A DNA stretch of 64,000 bases from a virus (taxonomy: Duplodnaviria; Caudoviricetes). Positions 9,613 through 20,130 of the stretch are shown piece by piece. The position numbers and the translations under genes are program-made. How positions within the stretch are numbered: position 1 is the stretch's first letter; each line of letters opens with the position of its first letter. Location of the stretch: IMG/VR virus record IMGVR_UViG_3300021431_000112, positions 12,364 through 76,363 of that record, one strand, 5' to 3'. Below the pieces are notes generated by a model. It saw only the letters and a program-made list of their open reading frames with translations. It had not been told where the DNA came from and did no database searches.

Positions 9613-9939
9613 ATGAAGAAACTAATTGATAGATTGGCAAAAGAATTTGGCTTGACTGTTACTGTAGAACATTATGGCCAAGATAAAAAATATGTTTTTA
9701 TAAACAATTGTGACGGTAGTCTAATGAATGATGCTCCAATCTGGAGTTTTAAAACAAAGGAAAATTATGTAAATGTAGTTTATGATGTATCTGCGACTAG
9801 CGATGGTAAATTTGCTTTTCATAGTATAGTTTATTTTGATAATTATGAAAAAACAAAAAAGCAATTAACAAAGATTTTGAATAAAATTAAAGAACTTAAA
9901 TTTAAGAAGAAAATTGAACTGATTGAAAAGGATTTTTGA
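9613..9939 (+). CDS. Hypothetical protein, IEKDF family, paralog of 10552
   Basis: MKKLIDRLAKEFGL...IELIEKDF. Confidence 0.65.
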   Translation: MKKLIDRLAKEFGLTVTVEHYGQDKKYVFINNCDGSLMNDAPIWSFKTKENYVNVVYDVSATSDGKFAFHSIVYFDNYEKTKKQLTKILNKIKELKFKKKIELIEKDF

Positions 9940-9942
9940 TTT

Positions 9943-10230
9943 ATGCTGAATTACGAATCATTTAAAAAGCGCGGATGGCCGAAAGATAAATTTGATAAAC
10001 TATATTCATTGAGTTGTTTTTGTAATGACGATATGTACTTTTGGAAGCCTGATTTATTTAACAATATGGAATTTGGATTAACAGATTCTTTAAGAACAGA
10101 AATTGAACATAAAATATATAGTGAAAAGTTCTTCAACGAAATTATGGAAAAACTAGAAACACAGTTGATTCTACCATACAAGAAAATTTTATTTGAGCGA
10201 AAACTTTCTAGAATAAAGAAGGATTTTTAG
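9943..10230 (+). CDS. Hypothetical protein, IxKDF family
   Basis: Ends LSRIKKDF. Confidence 0.65.
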   Translation: MLNYESFKKRGWPKDKFDKLYSLSCFCNDDMYFWKPDLFNNMEFGLTDSLRTEIEHKIYSEKFFNEIMEKLETQLILPYKKILFERKLSRIKKDF

Positions 10231-10231
10231 A

Positions 10232-10549
10232 ATGTTCACTTATGATTATAATAAAAATAGAGGATGGACTAATGAGTTGATTAATAAAATCAATGCTCAT
10301 CCAATGATTTCAAAGAATAAAGTTAGTTTTTATGACCAACATAAGTATAATGTCCTTACAGTATATTGTAATGAAAATTGTGATTTAGAATTATACAATT
10401 TAATGGAATCTATAATGTCAAAATTTTGGCATAAATATGTAACAGAAAAACTATTGGATGACATATTTAATGGACTAGATAAATTGGAATTTAAATATAA
10501 GCAAATTATGTTAAACAAAAAATTGGAAGCTATAGATAAGGATTTTTAA
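10232..10549 (+). CDS. Hypothetical protein, IxKDF family
   Basis: Ends LEAIDKDF; N-terminus resembles 9943 (Y..K.RGW). Confidence 0.65.
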   Translation: MFTYDYNKNRGWTNELINKINAHPMISKNKVSFYDQHKYNVLTVYCNENCDLELYNLMESIMSKFWHKYVTEKLLDDIFNGLDKLEFKYKQIMLNKKLEAIDKDF

Positions 10550-10551
10550 AT

Positions 10552-10875
10552 ATGAAGAAACTAATTGATAGATTGGCAAAAGAATTTGGATTAGAAATAT
10601 CAAATGCACAACATCCTACATATAAAAATTATAGATATGTATTTTACCCAGGTGTAAGAGGTTGTTTGATTAATAATGCTCAGATTTATGGAAGAAAAAA
10701 TAAAAAAGATTTTGTAAATGTAGCATCAGATATTGACGAAAGTGGTAAGTTTTTTGATGGAATCAACTATTATGATGATTATGAAAAAGCAAAAGAGGAA
10801 ATTAAAAATATAATAATGAAAATAAAAGAAAAGAAGTTTAAATATAAACTTTCTAGAATAGAAAAAGATTTTTAA
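10552..10875 (+). CDS. Hypothetical protein, IEKDF family, paralog of 9613
   Basis: First 38 nt identical to 9613-9650; ends LSRIEKDF. Confidence 0.65.
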   Translation: MKKLIDRLAKEFGLEISNAQHPTYKNYRYVFYPGVRGCLINNAQIYGRKNKKDFVNVASDIDESGKFFDGINYYDDYEKAKEEIKNIIMKIKEKKFKYKLSRIEKDF

Positions 10876-10939
10876 AACATAAGATCAAAAAATTAAAAGT
10901 CCCATTTAATATGGGATTATTTGTTATATTTGGAATGGG

Positions 10940-10947
10940 TATAAATA
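10940..10947 (+). promoter_or_regulatory. T4-type late promoter upstream of the topoisomerase A gene
   Basis: Exact TATAAATA. Confidence 0.6.
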
Positions 10948-10973
10948 GATACCAACGATTTTAATAAAGGTAA

Positions 10974-12456
10974 ATGATGAACATGAAGAAGAAAAGCAAC
11001 ATTGATGATTTTTTTGAAAATGAATCTACAGAAAAGACCATAGACACAGACCAGATGCTCCATAACAACATGGAAGTCTATGGATTGGATGTTCTAGAAG
11101 ATAGAGCCTTGGCAGATTATCGTGATGGATTGAAACCTGCCCAAAGAAGATTGATGTGGACAGCTAAAGAATTGAAAGCTACTTGGGAAAATAAGACAGT
11201 AAAATCAGCTAGAATTACGGGTGACTGCATGGGTAAGTATCATCCTCACTCCAGTTCTTACCGGTTCTTTAGTAACTTTAGCAACTAGTGAATACCCTCT
11301 AATACATGGTCAAGGCAACTGGGGTGATTTGCAGAATGGGCCTGCTGCTGACAGATATACAGAAGCAAAGATTTCCCAATTGGGTATGAAGATGCTTGAA
11401 TGTATGGATGTGGCTGACTATATTCCAAATTATACTGGAGAATTCAAAGAGCCAATCGTCCTTACAACACGTCTACCAAATTTTTTCATCAACGAATGTG
11501 CTGGAATTGCGGTTGGTTTGAGTTGTAACATACCTGCCCATAACTTGAAAGAAGTAGTGGAAGCATTGAAGGTAGTAGTAAAGAAAGGAGAAGCAACTAA
11601 GGTCAAGGACATCATGAAGTTCTTGAAAGGTCCTGACTATAAGTATGGTGGAAAGATAATCTCTACACCAGAAGAAATTGAACAGCTCTACAAGAAAGGT
11701 GAAGGAGCAATCAAGTACGATTGTGATTACACATTAGTCCGCGACAAGAAGAATGTGCTATTGACCATTACTGGTTATTGTCCTGGTTTTTCTCCTTCTT
11801 CATTCATCAACAAGATGATTAGTCTAATTGATGATGGTGTTGTATTGTATGTGAATGATTCTTCTACCAAGGACGAACCTTGTAAACTAGAAGTCACATT
11901 GAAGAATGAAGCTGACTTTGAATCCAAGATCCACAAGCACATGATTAAGAGTGTTAGTTATCGTTACTATGCCATTGAGAGAAACAAGTCAAAGGATATA
12001 ACGAAGGATGTAGATACCAAAGTAATTATGCCCAATATGGTTGACTTGATGAACATGTGGGTAGACTGGAGAAAAGAAGTAGAAACAAAAATGTGCGAGG
12101 CAGAAAAGAAGATCTATGAAGACAAGAAACAGAAATCAAATTGGCGATTGATTGCTTCACAGAATCTCAAAATAGTCATTAAGGGATTGGAAGAAAAAGA
12201 CCCGGTCAAGTACATTGCGGAGAATATGCCTGGATTGAAGGGTAAACCATTTGCTATGGAAGCATCAAGATATATTTGTGACCAAAGAGTAATTAGTCTA
12301 CAAAAGACTGACCAAGACAAAATCAAGAAGGACATTCTAGATTATACAAGTCACATTAAGGATCTTGATAATGACATTGCCCATATTGACAATGTTGTAA
12401 TTAGGGAATTGGATAAACTCAAACCTTTCTATCGTGACAGAATGTTGAAGGTATAA
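10974..12456 (+). CDS. gyrA: Type II topoisomerase breakage-reunion subunit (GyrA/ParC-like, no beta-pinwheel CTD); one +1 CGGN site
   Basis: RALADYRDGLKPAQRR, KSARITGDCMGKYHPH; skipping C at 11262 gives SSSY-G-SLVTLA; GQGNWG; catalytic AADRYTEAK; GIAVG. Confidence 0.92.
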
Positions 12457-13628
12457 TGAACAAATTTATAAATTCATTGGATATAAGTATAGAAGATCCT
12501 TATTATGGTGGAGAAATTCTACCAGACTATATACCTTATATTGATGAAGCAACAAAGTTTTGGAATAATCCAACTTGTTGTATAATACCATTTGAATTGA
12601 ACTTATATAGATATAAAAGCGATAATGATGTAGGTTATACATTTTCTACAAAACCATGTGCATGTTATAATGTTTTATCTGATGAATATAAAATAAAATC
12701 AACTGATATAACTGATATAATTAAATCAGAAAAATTAAAAGATATAAAAGAAAAAATAATTAAAGGTGATTATTCTTTATGTGAAAAATGCCCTCAATAT
12801 AAATCTAATAGAGATAATTTAACTACTTTTCATACTGGATATAGTTTATATAATGAATATGGCTATTATGGTAGAAAAATATATGAAGGGTATTTAAATA
12901 AACAATATAATAGTGTGATGGATAATCCACTAATTTTAAATTTATCGCTAGATTCAAAATGTAATCTATTGTGCCCTACTTGTAGAGATAAAGATTATGA
13001 TTCTTATATAAATCAATTGACAGATAAAGACTTTAATGATATAATTGAACTTATTAAAAAAAGTTATACAATAAGTGTAGGTTGTGATGGAGAAACATTC
13101 TTGAATAAATCTTATATGGATATATTAAAACAGGATTTATTTGAAGTAGGAAGTAAACTTAATAAAATCATAATTTATACAAATGGTGTTCTAGCAAATA
13201 ATACAAACTTCAGTAAAATACATCCAAACAATATACAACACATAAAAGAAATAAAAATAAGTGTTGATGCTGCCACAGAAAATACTTACAATGTTGTTCG
13301 TCCTGGTGGTAGATGGAATATATTACTTAAAAATGTCAATTATTTGGCTTTGCATCCACAAAGAACTTGGGATTTACATTCTACCTTCACGATTAGTAAA
13401 TACAATTATAAAGATATACCTGATTTTATAGATTTTTCATTTGATCTTGGTTTTAATAGTGTATTATTCAGTTTTGCTAGACCAATGTTCCATAAAGATT
13501 ATAGCAATAGTGAATATAGATCTGATTTTATAATTGAAGGAAAGCATAAAGAAGATATAACATCTTATATAAAGAATATAATTGAAAAATATAATGGGAA
13601 AGATGGTAGATTTGTTGGAATAGTTTAA
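12456..13628 (+). CDS. Radical SAM protein with additional N-terminal Cys cluster
   Basis: CNLLCPTC (CxxxCxxC), GETF, YTNG, ISVDAAT..TY..VRPGG. Confidence 0.8.
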   Translation: MNKFINSLDISIEDPYYGGEILPDYIPYIDEATKFWNNPTCCIIPFELNLYRYKSDNDVGYTFSTKPCACYNVLSDEYKIKSTDITDIIKSEKLKDIKEKIIKGDYSLCEKCPQYKSNRDNLTTFHTGYSLYNEYGYYGRKIYEGYLNKQYNSVMDNPLILNLSLDSKCNLLCPTCRDKDYDSYINQLTDKDFNDIIELIKKSYTISVGCDGETFLNKSYMDILKQDLFEVGSKLNKIIIYTNGVLANNTNFSKIHPNNIQHIKEIKISVDAATENTYNVVRPGGRWNILLKNVNYLALHPQRTWDLHSTFTISKYNYKDIPDFIDFSFDLGFNSVLFSFARPMFHKDYSNSEYRSDFIIEGKHKEDITSYIKNIIEKYNGKDGRFVGIV

Positions 13629-13630
13629 TT

Positions 13631-13987
13631 ATGTTTAAAGTATTACAAGGATTTGAAATACAAAAACTATATAAAAAAACAGGTAAGAGAAAATATAGAA
13701 TAAATCTTATACCTGATTCTTTTTTCATAGAAAAAAATGTAAACTATCAAAAATTATATAAAGAACTTACTATAAAAATGAAAGAATCAATAATAAAATT
13801 AGGTAATACAGAAATAAAAACAAGTGATTATTACCAATTAGAAGAAAGAAGAAAGAATTTAATCAGAGATGAATGTTTTGATTTGAAATGGCAGCTTGAA
13901 CATTACAACAACGACATAATTTTGAAACGATTTTATCAGATAGAGGTAGATGATGAAGACTGTAGTGACAATGACTTGTTGGCCTAA
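13631..13987 (+). CDS. Hypothetical protein
   Basis: Contiguous ORF in the operon. Confidence 0.5.
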   Translation: MFKVLQGFEIQKLYKKTGKRKYRINLIPDSFFIEKNVNYQKLYKELTIKMKESIIKLGNTEIKTSDYYQLEERRKNLIRDECFDLKWQLEHYNNDIILKRFYQIEVDDEDCSDNDLLA

Positions 13988-14690
13988 AAGAATAAATCAA
14001 TTACCTATATTTTTGGAAAAATTTTTCTCTACACAAACAGTAAAACCTGATTTGTTCTACATTTGGCTTTCTACAGAAGAATTTCCAGATCATAAAATAC
14101 CAGATGAATTAGTAAAGCAAATTGAATTAAATAATATAATACTTAAATGGATTGACAAAAATGAATACTGCCATAAAAGATGGAAAGTATATCCTGACCA
14201 TTATGAAGATGTTGTAATTTCACTTGATGAAGATAGAATATATCCTTATGATTTAATTGAATATGCTAATACAGTAAATACAATAACAAATCTATACATT
14301 CCACAAACAAAAGAATACCATAAAGCATATTTACCCTCATTTTGTGGTCAATGCATAATACCACCAAATACATTCCCATGGGAAACATATAGTGAACAAT
14401 ATGTAAAAGATAGGTTATTGTTATCTCCAAAATGTGACGAATGCTGGATAAATACCTTTTTACTTAAAAATAATACAAAAATCTCAATAGACTTATCTTT
14501 AATAAATCCTTGTGAATATGATTATGCTTGTAATATAGACGAAACAGCATTACATAAGAATTTTAATGATAAAGCAAATATGATGTATAATACAGCTAAC
14601 TATATGAGATTGAAATACGGATTTAATATAGATATGAATAAAGTACTTGAATGTTGTAATTATATCTTAACTTGCTATTCAAAATCATAA
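13950..14690 (+). CDS. Glycosyltransferase-like protein (GT-A fold)
   Basis: VVTMTCWPKRI...IWLSTEEFP...HKRW...VISLDEDRIYP with a DxD-like motif. Confidence 0.65.
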   Translation: MMKTVVTMTCWPKRINQLPIFLEKFFSTQTVKPDLFYIWLSTEEFPDHKIPDELVKQIELNNIILKWIDKNEYCHKRWKVYPDHYEDVVISLDEDRIYPYDLIEYANTVNTITNLYIPQTKEYHKAYLPSFCGQCIIPPNTFPWETYSEQYVKDRLLLSPKCDECWINTFLLKNNTKISIDLSLINPCEYDYACNIDETALHKNFNDKANMMYNTANYMRLKYGFNIDMNKVLECCNYILTCYSKS

Positions 14691-14697
14691 ATAATGT

Positions 14698-16158
14698 ATG
14701 AGTAATTGGACTGAAAATAATCCAGATAAAAGAACTAAACCTGTGTATGACCCTTCTACACATGGATTCCATAAAGGTTGGATAGATGGTCATCCAAGTG
14801 GTGGCTATCCATATAACTATTTCTTCAGTGATACATTGCGTAGCATTGTAATCGGATTTGGCAACTTCTTCAGTAACTTGTGTGTAATCCGTTATGATGA
14901 GAAGGGTGAACCAATAAAACAAATTCAAGTCCCATTGAAATATGGCCCTAGAATGAAGTCCCATGATTTTCGTGTAGAACAGGAATCAGGAAAGAAGTAT
15001 TATATTCAACTTCCAAACTTAACATACAGGATAGATGGAATTTCATTTGCAGGCGAAAGGTATTCTGGTGCAGGAGAAACGAGAGGCTTCTATTCTGACT
15101 ATTTTGAAGTAAATGGTGTAGATTACATAATGGCAAACAAGTTCTGGGCAGATGTACACCCAGTTCCATACAACATTACAATCTCAATGGAAGCCAAGAC
15201 AGAACATATATCTGATGCCAATCAAATCATGGAACAGGTATTGGTGAGATTTGCTCCTGAAGCATATTTTGACTTGAAGGAATTCTGGTTCATAAACAAG
15301 AGACGTTCAATCAAGATGAAGTGTGATAGCACATCCCAGGAAATTACTACTGACTTTGGTGAAGAAGACAAGAGGGAGATTACTGTTTCATTCTCATTCA
15401 CGATTGAAGCATGGTTGTACAAGCCAATTGAAGATAGTTACATAATTGACCAGATCATTACCAAGTTGGCAGTCAACAATCAAGATAGTTACTGGAAGGA
15501 AAACATTGTTGGCAACTATACAGGAAACTTCAAGGAAAGGCATGATTTTGAGTACATGTTTGGTACAAAGATTGGAAGGGTGTCTGCTTTGTTGCCTAGC
15601 GAAAATCAACCAGAACAGAAACTGGGTGAGAACTATATCGTGCAGGATTACGAGTACGAAGAACTACCAGACATCACCAATTATCCAGTTGGCTCAATGC
15701 AGTTGAAGTCAACGAGTTCATATTTTGACGAAAATTCTACATTATGGTCTGGGTATTGTCAGTACTTATCAGCTCTTAGCGGCACAGCCCCAGTAAGTTG
15801 GATAGATAAAACCTATGGTGAAACCAATAGAAACCCAGCTACATTACAATACTGGCAAGTGACTGCATTTTCTAGTGGTTATGACCCACAAGTCCCTACT
15901 TCTTTGAAACCAAATATGTCCGGTGACCAGATTTATCAAATTTTCAACAATAAGAATTATGTAATTCAACCAGCCGCAGATAGCTTGTCCGCAAAATATG
16001 GTGCGACTATCATAAATGACAATAAGAACCTATTTGGTTTTGGTCAATTTAATTCTGACTTGAAATTTGATACAAAAGATGCCGAGTTGAATGGCGAACT
16101 TGTGAAGGATGCACCTTTGGTATCAGAAATTACAACAAATAAGAGCGAAATTTTATAA
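14698..16158 (+). CDS. Tail sheath stabilizer/terminator (T4 gp15-like) with long C-terminal extension
   Basis: FGNFFSNL..IRY...IQVPLKYGPR, LP, VPYNITISM...DANQIMEQVL..FAP, FSFTIEAWLY. Confidence 0.8.
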   Translation: MSNWTENNPDKRTKPVYDPSTHGFHKGWIDGHPSGGYPYNYFFSDTLRSIVIGFGNFFSNLCVIRYDEKGEPIKQIQVPLKYGPRMKSHDFRVEQESGKKYYIQLPNLTYRIDGISFAGERYSGAGETRGFYSDYFEVNGVDYIMANKFWADVHPVPYNITISMEAKTEHISDANQIMEQVLVRFAPEAYFDLKEFWFINKRRSIKMKCDSTSQEITTDFGEEDKREITVSFSFTIEAWLYKPIEDSYIIDQIITKLAVNNQDSYWKENIVGNYTGNFKERHDFEYMFGTKIGRVSALLPSENQPEQKLGENYIVQDYEYEELPDITNYPVGSMQLKSTSSYFDENSTLWSGYCQYLSALSGTAPVSWIDKTYGETNRNPATLQYWQVTAFSSGYDPQVPTSLKPNMSGDQIYQIFNNKNYVIQPAADSLSAKYGATIINDNKNLFGFGQFNSDLKFDTKDAELNGELVKDAPLVSEITTNKSEIL

Positions 16159-16184
16159 ATACTATACAAATGGAGTTTTGAATC

Positions 16185-17030
16185 ATGGAGAATAGACAAT
16201 CGCAATTCATTGAAAAAATTACTAAAATCTTTACCAACACAGGATTCGGTGTTGAAAAGTTTGATGAAGGAACCTTTGATGTAATTGACAGGTCCATAAT
16301 TGGTAAAGTAAAGATTGGTTCAATTAAGACATTGGATAATGGCGACATCTCAATCAAGTTGGGTGGCGATACAAAGAAGCGTGGTAAATTCCATCAGTTG
16401 ATGAAGACCACTTCGTTCAAAGCCAAGCCAACATACAATGTTGCTACTGTAGCCAAGATCGTTAAAGGTATGCTTGACGATTATAAGAAGGCAAAGAAGG
16501 AAGTTTACAAAGAATCTTATCAGCAATATACTGTTCCTACTGAAATCACTAGGGATGGTCTAGAAAATGCCATAGATTCCTATTTGACCAAGGTGGCCTT
16601 GTTGAAGGAAAAACATTCTGATGTAGAAGAAAACTATGCGGATCTATTGACCTTCGTTGCTGACAAGTTGTCTTTGACAGAAGATGCTTGTGAGGCCAAA
16701 TTTGGTGATGTTCTTGACTTGACATTGAACTATGACGAATCTAGATTCAACAAAGCAATGGATATTCTATTTGAAGAAACAGAATTGAAATCTGATTTTA
16801 GAAAATTCCTTCAAGAGAATAAGGAAGTTGACTTGATGGTCGAAATCAAGAATGACAGAGCATTGAAGGCACTAAGGAATACTGACTATTATAAGAATTT
16901 GGATGAAGATGACAAATATCGCAAGTTGTGGAAATACATTGTAGGCACACATGGTTCAAAGTTTTCAATGAGCGAAGACTTGGAAGATATTTGTAGAACC
17001 TTGGCTCATGAAGATGACGAAAATTTTTAA
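16185..17030 (+). CDS. Hypothetical protein (late, possible virion protein)
   Basis: TATAAATA at 16154; clean ORF. Confidence 0.6.
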   Translation: MENRQSQFIEKITKIFTNTGFGVEKFDEGTFDVIDRSIIGKVKIGSIKTLDNGDISIKLGGDTKKRGKFHQLMKTTSFKAKPTYNVATVAKIVKGMLDDYKKAKKEVYKESYQQYTVPTEITRDGLENAIDSYLTKVALLKEKHSDVEENYADLLTFVADKLSLTEDACEAKFGDVLDLTLNYDESRFNKAMDILFEETELKSDFRKFLQENKEVDLMVEIKNDRALKALRNTDYYKNLDEDDKYRKLWKYIVGTHGSKFSMSEDLEDICRTLAHEDDENF

Positions 17031-17044
17031 TTAAGGAGAAAACA

Positions 17045-17428
17045 ATGGATTTTAAGAATTATTATCACAACAAGTTGAACGAAGAAGGTGTAACAATGGA
17101 TGGATTGGATGCTGATGCTCCTCGTCCACAACCTGTTCCTGCTCCTGCCCAGACTGGTTCTGCAGGAATGTTCATGTCCTATGTAGCTGGTAAGTCAATG
17201 AAGGAAGGACTTAGCAAGTTGGGTGTTGACATCGGTAAAAGTATTGTGGAATATGCCACAAAGCAGTTGGTACAACCCACTGACTTCAAATCTGAAGATG
17301 ATTATTTGAAGTACTGTAAGGACATTCGTGATGGTGTAGAAGAAAAATACAACAAGACATTGGTTGACCTTCTTACACAGGTTGGGATCTTCATTGACAA
17401 CAAAGTACATACCCAATCTACTAAGTAA
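17045..17428 (+). CDS. Hypothetical protein (possible head protein, LNE motif)
   Basis: AGGAG RBS; MDFKNYYHNKLNEE. Confidence 0.6.
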   Translation: MDFKNYYHNKLNEEGVTMDGLDADAPRPQPVPAPAQTGSAGMFMSYVAGKSMKEGLSKLGVDIGKSIVEYATKQLVQPTDFKSEDDYLKYCKDIRDGVEEKYNKTLVDLLTQVGIFIDNKVHTQSTK

Positions 17429-17493
17429 GTTCAATTATGAAATAAATTTTATGGAAAGTCCCCCTATATAATGGGGATTTTTCTATTTTTGGT

Positions 17494-18090
17494 ATGATTA
17501 TGGAAAGAAGTGAAATAATTAACAAATATATAAGCAAATATAATTTATCTTCATATCTTGAAATTGGAACTAGGAATAAAGAACATAATTTTAATTTAAT
17601 TAAATGTAGAGAAAAATTGTGTATTGACCCAGATCCAAATGCTGTAGCTGATTTAGTGATTACATCTGATGAATTTTTCAAGATAAACAATAAGAAATTT
17701 GATTTTATATTTGTTGATGGTCTTCATGAAGCCCACCAAGTCTATAGAGATATAAAGAATGGACTTAAAGTATTGAATCCAAGTGGAATTATAATGTGCC
17801 ATGACTGTAATCCTCAAAAAATAGAAGAAAATAAAGACTTTGAAGAATATGAAGGAACAGAAATTTGGAACGGTGATTGCTGGAAAGCATTTGTAAAATA
17901 TAGGTATGAAAGTAAATACAAATGTTATGTATTGAATCATGATTCTGGATGTGGTATAATAGACACTAATATACCTACAGAATTAACAGAAGAAATTGTA
18001 TTCCATATAAATGAAATGTGTTTTCCCATGTTGAATGAATATAGAAATAAGTGGCTCAATTTAACCGATGATTTTTTATTTGAATCATAA
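17494..18090 (+). CDS. Class I SAM-dependent methyltransferase (Methyltransf_24-like)
   Basis: YLEIG, IDPD, FDFIFVDGLH, GIIMCHD. Confidence 0.8.
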   Translation: MIMERSEIINKYISKYNLSSYLEIGTRNKEHNFNLIKCREKLCIDPDPNAVADLVITSDEFFKINNKKFDFIFVDGLHEAHQVYRDIKNGLKVLNPSGIIMCHDCNPQKIEENKDFEEYEGTEIWNGDCWKAFVKYRYESKYKCYVLNHDSGCGIIDTNIPTELTEEIVFHINEMCFPMLNEYRNKWLNLTDDFLFES

Positions 18091-18098
18091 ATATAATA

Positions 18099-18584
18099 AT
18101 GAGAATGAATAAGAAGATTAAAACGATATATTGTGATTTGGACGGAGTATTGACCGATTTTCGTGGTGCTTGCCAGGAAATTGATGCCATTGAGCATTAC
18201 AAAGTAGATTGGGAAAAAGTCCATGCAGCAGGAATAGACTTTTGGGCTAATATGCCTTGGACTAAAGAAGGTGAAAGATTCTATAAATGGCTTGAAAAGT
18301 TCTGTGACGAAGAAGGAATTGACCTTTGTATTCTATCTCAAGTAAATTATAGCGATGGTGTAAATGGTAAGATTGAATGGTTAATGTCCAATACCAAAAT
18401 CCCAAACAAGAACATCTATATCGTTAAGAACGGCAAATCAAAAGCCAAGTTTGCAAATGATTCTAGTCTTTTGATTGACGATTTTGGTAAGAATATAGAA
18501 GCATTCGTATTGGCTGGTGGTTTGGGCATAAAGTTTGAAAGTCCAGGCCAATGTAGACAAGCAATATTTGATTTGCTAGGTTGA
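18099..18584 (+). CDS. HAD-family phosphatase, 5'(3')-deoxyribonucleotidase-like
   Basis: IYCDLDGVLTDF, K.EWL, LLIDDFGKNI. Confidence 0.8.
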   Translation: MRMNKKIKTIYCDLDGVLTDFRGACQEIDAIEHYKVDWEKVHAAGIDFWANMPWTKEGERFYKWLEKFCDEEGIDLCILSQVNYSDGVNGKIEWLMSNTKIPNKNIYIVKNGKSKAKFANDSSLLIDDFGKNIEAFVLAGGLGIKFESPGQCRQAIFDLLG

Positions 18585-18603
18585 TTTTTTTCATAATAAC
18601 TTT

Positions 18604-18634
18604 AACTGCTTTTTCGTAATGGAAAGCAGTTTTT
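18604..18634 (+). terminator. Intrinsic terminator followed by a late promoter at 18640
   Basis: AACTGCTTT...AAAGCAGTTTTT, then TATAAATA. Confidence 0.65.
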
Positions 18635-18663
18635 CTTGTTATAAATATATTTGAGGTTTTATA

Positions 18664-19281
18664 ATGGAAGAAGAAAATACCGCAACAAGTGCTCACTTAG
18701 ATTCATTCATGCATGTGTATGACAATGGAACAACAGCTAGATTATATGTCTCTCCTTGGGATAGAAATACTGTTGCTGATGGTTATTGGCAGACAGTCAA
18801 TACCATTCAACCATTGATTAACAGAGATGTCTATTTGGCAGACTGTATAGACAAGTTGGCAGAGAAATATACTGTTTATACAGAAGGTGAAGGAATTAAG
18901 ATTACAGAAAATCAAGAGCCAAAAGGAACATCTAGCATTGGATTGTCTCCTGACTATTACAAGAAAGTTCCAAAATATGAGTTCAATACAGATTATTTTG
19001 TGGTTGAAACTAATCCAGACACGAATGAAACAAAAATTGGATTAAAATTGGATCCTAATAGCGGTGAAGGTTATATCTCTGCTGATGAAAATGGTATATT
19101 TGCTAATTTGGATTATATGATGTCTTCTACTTCTGCTGTAACAAGTCATTCTGCTTATTCAGCAAATTATGTTTCTGCTTGGACATATACTTATAATACT
19201 GCTGCATTGACTGTTGAATATGTTACTATGCTACCTGAAGACATATTGGAATCTGAAAATAAATTATATATCGTAGGTTAA
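18664..19281 (+). CDS. Putative virion structural protein
   Basis: Late promoter; Ser/Thr-rich; ends LPEDILESENKLYIVG. Confidence 0.55.
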   Translation: MEEENTATSAHLDSFMHVYDNGTTARLYVSPWDRNTVADGYWQTVNTIQPLINRDVYLADCIDKLAEKYTVYTEGEGIKITENQEPKGTSSIGLSPDYYKKVPKYEFNTDYFVVETNPDTNETKIGLKLDPNSGEGYISADENGIFANLDYMMSSTSAVTSHSAYSANYVSAWTYTYNTAALTVEYVTMLPEDILESENKLYIVG

Positions 19282-19287
19282 TACAAG

Positions 19288-20118
19288 ATGGATGCTAAAG
19301 TCAAATACCATTTATACGAGACTGCACATTCTGGCATAATACCAGAACAAACAGTCAATCTAGTACCAAAAACATGGACTACTAGAACAGTTACAGATGG
19401 TGTATGGATGACCAGTGCAACATTGTCTGCTTTAGATTTTCGTGATTATTTCCTAGCCAACATGATTGATGCTGTTGATGAAGACAAGAAAAATCATTAT
19501 GTTGGTAAAGATGGTATAGTAATTGACCACGAAAAAAGAACTATCTCTTATGACCCAATTGATGGAAAATATGTATTTGATAATAATTCTGCAATGTGGT
19601 GTGAACCAAATAACAAATTTGTCTATACGAAACTTAATGAAGATCAAGACAATAGAATTAAATTGGTTAGTGGTTATATCAACTATGAATTGACACCTGG
19701 TGTTAAATATATAACAGCAACAGTTGATTCAAGTATATCTTCAATAATAGGCTTTAGTGGCGGTATATCTTCTTTTCCAACAGATGTTAATGTAGTGTAT
19801 GTAACAAATGCCAAATTATATAAGAATAATATAACAGCAATGTCTGCAGGAGAAACGAGTGCCGAACCATATAAAAATGAAGGATCTGGAAGTAAATGGG
19901 TAGTTACTGGTGATTCAATAAAAGATGGATATAGAGAGTATTGGTCTGCTACTACAGAATCTGCTACATTATATACAGATGGAACAAGTAGTATTTCATC
20001 TTCAAATATATTCGACCCAACTGATAGAACAAATTATTCTGGTGGTTTTATAGGTGGACCTAATTTTATAAGTGGTGATGTTGATATGGTCCCTAGCGGT
20101 GTTTTATTCATATATTAA
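19288..20118 (+). CDS. Putative virion structural protein
   Basis: Shares YLA..ID.......Y...GI.I pattern with 18664. Confidence 0.55.
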   Translation: MDAKVKYHLYETAHSGIIPEQTVNLVPKTWTTRTVTDGVWMTSATLSALDFRDYFLANMIDAVDEDKKNHYVGKDGIVIDHEKRTISYDPIDGKYVFDNNSAMWCEPNNKFVYTKLNEDQDNRIKLVSGYINYELTPGVKYITATVDSSISSIIGFSGGISSFPTDVNVVYVTNAKLYKNNITAMSAGETSAEPYKNEGSGSKWVVTGDSIKDGYREYWSATTESATLYTDGTSSISSSNIFDPTDRTNYSGGFIGGPNFISGDVDMVPSGVLFIY

Positions 20119-20130
20119 AAAAAGGTTTAT

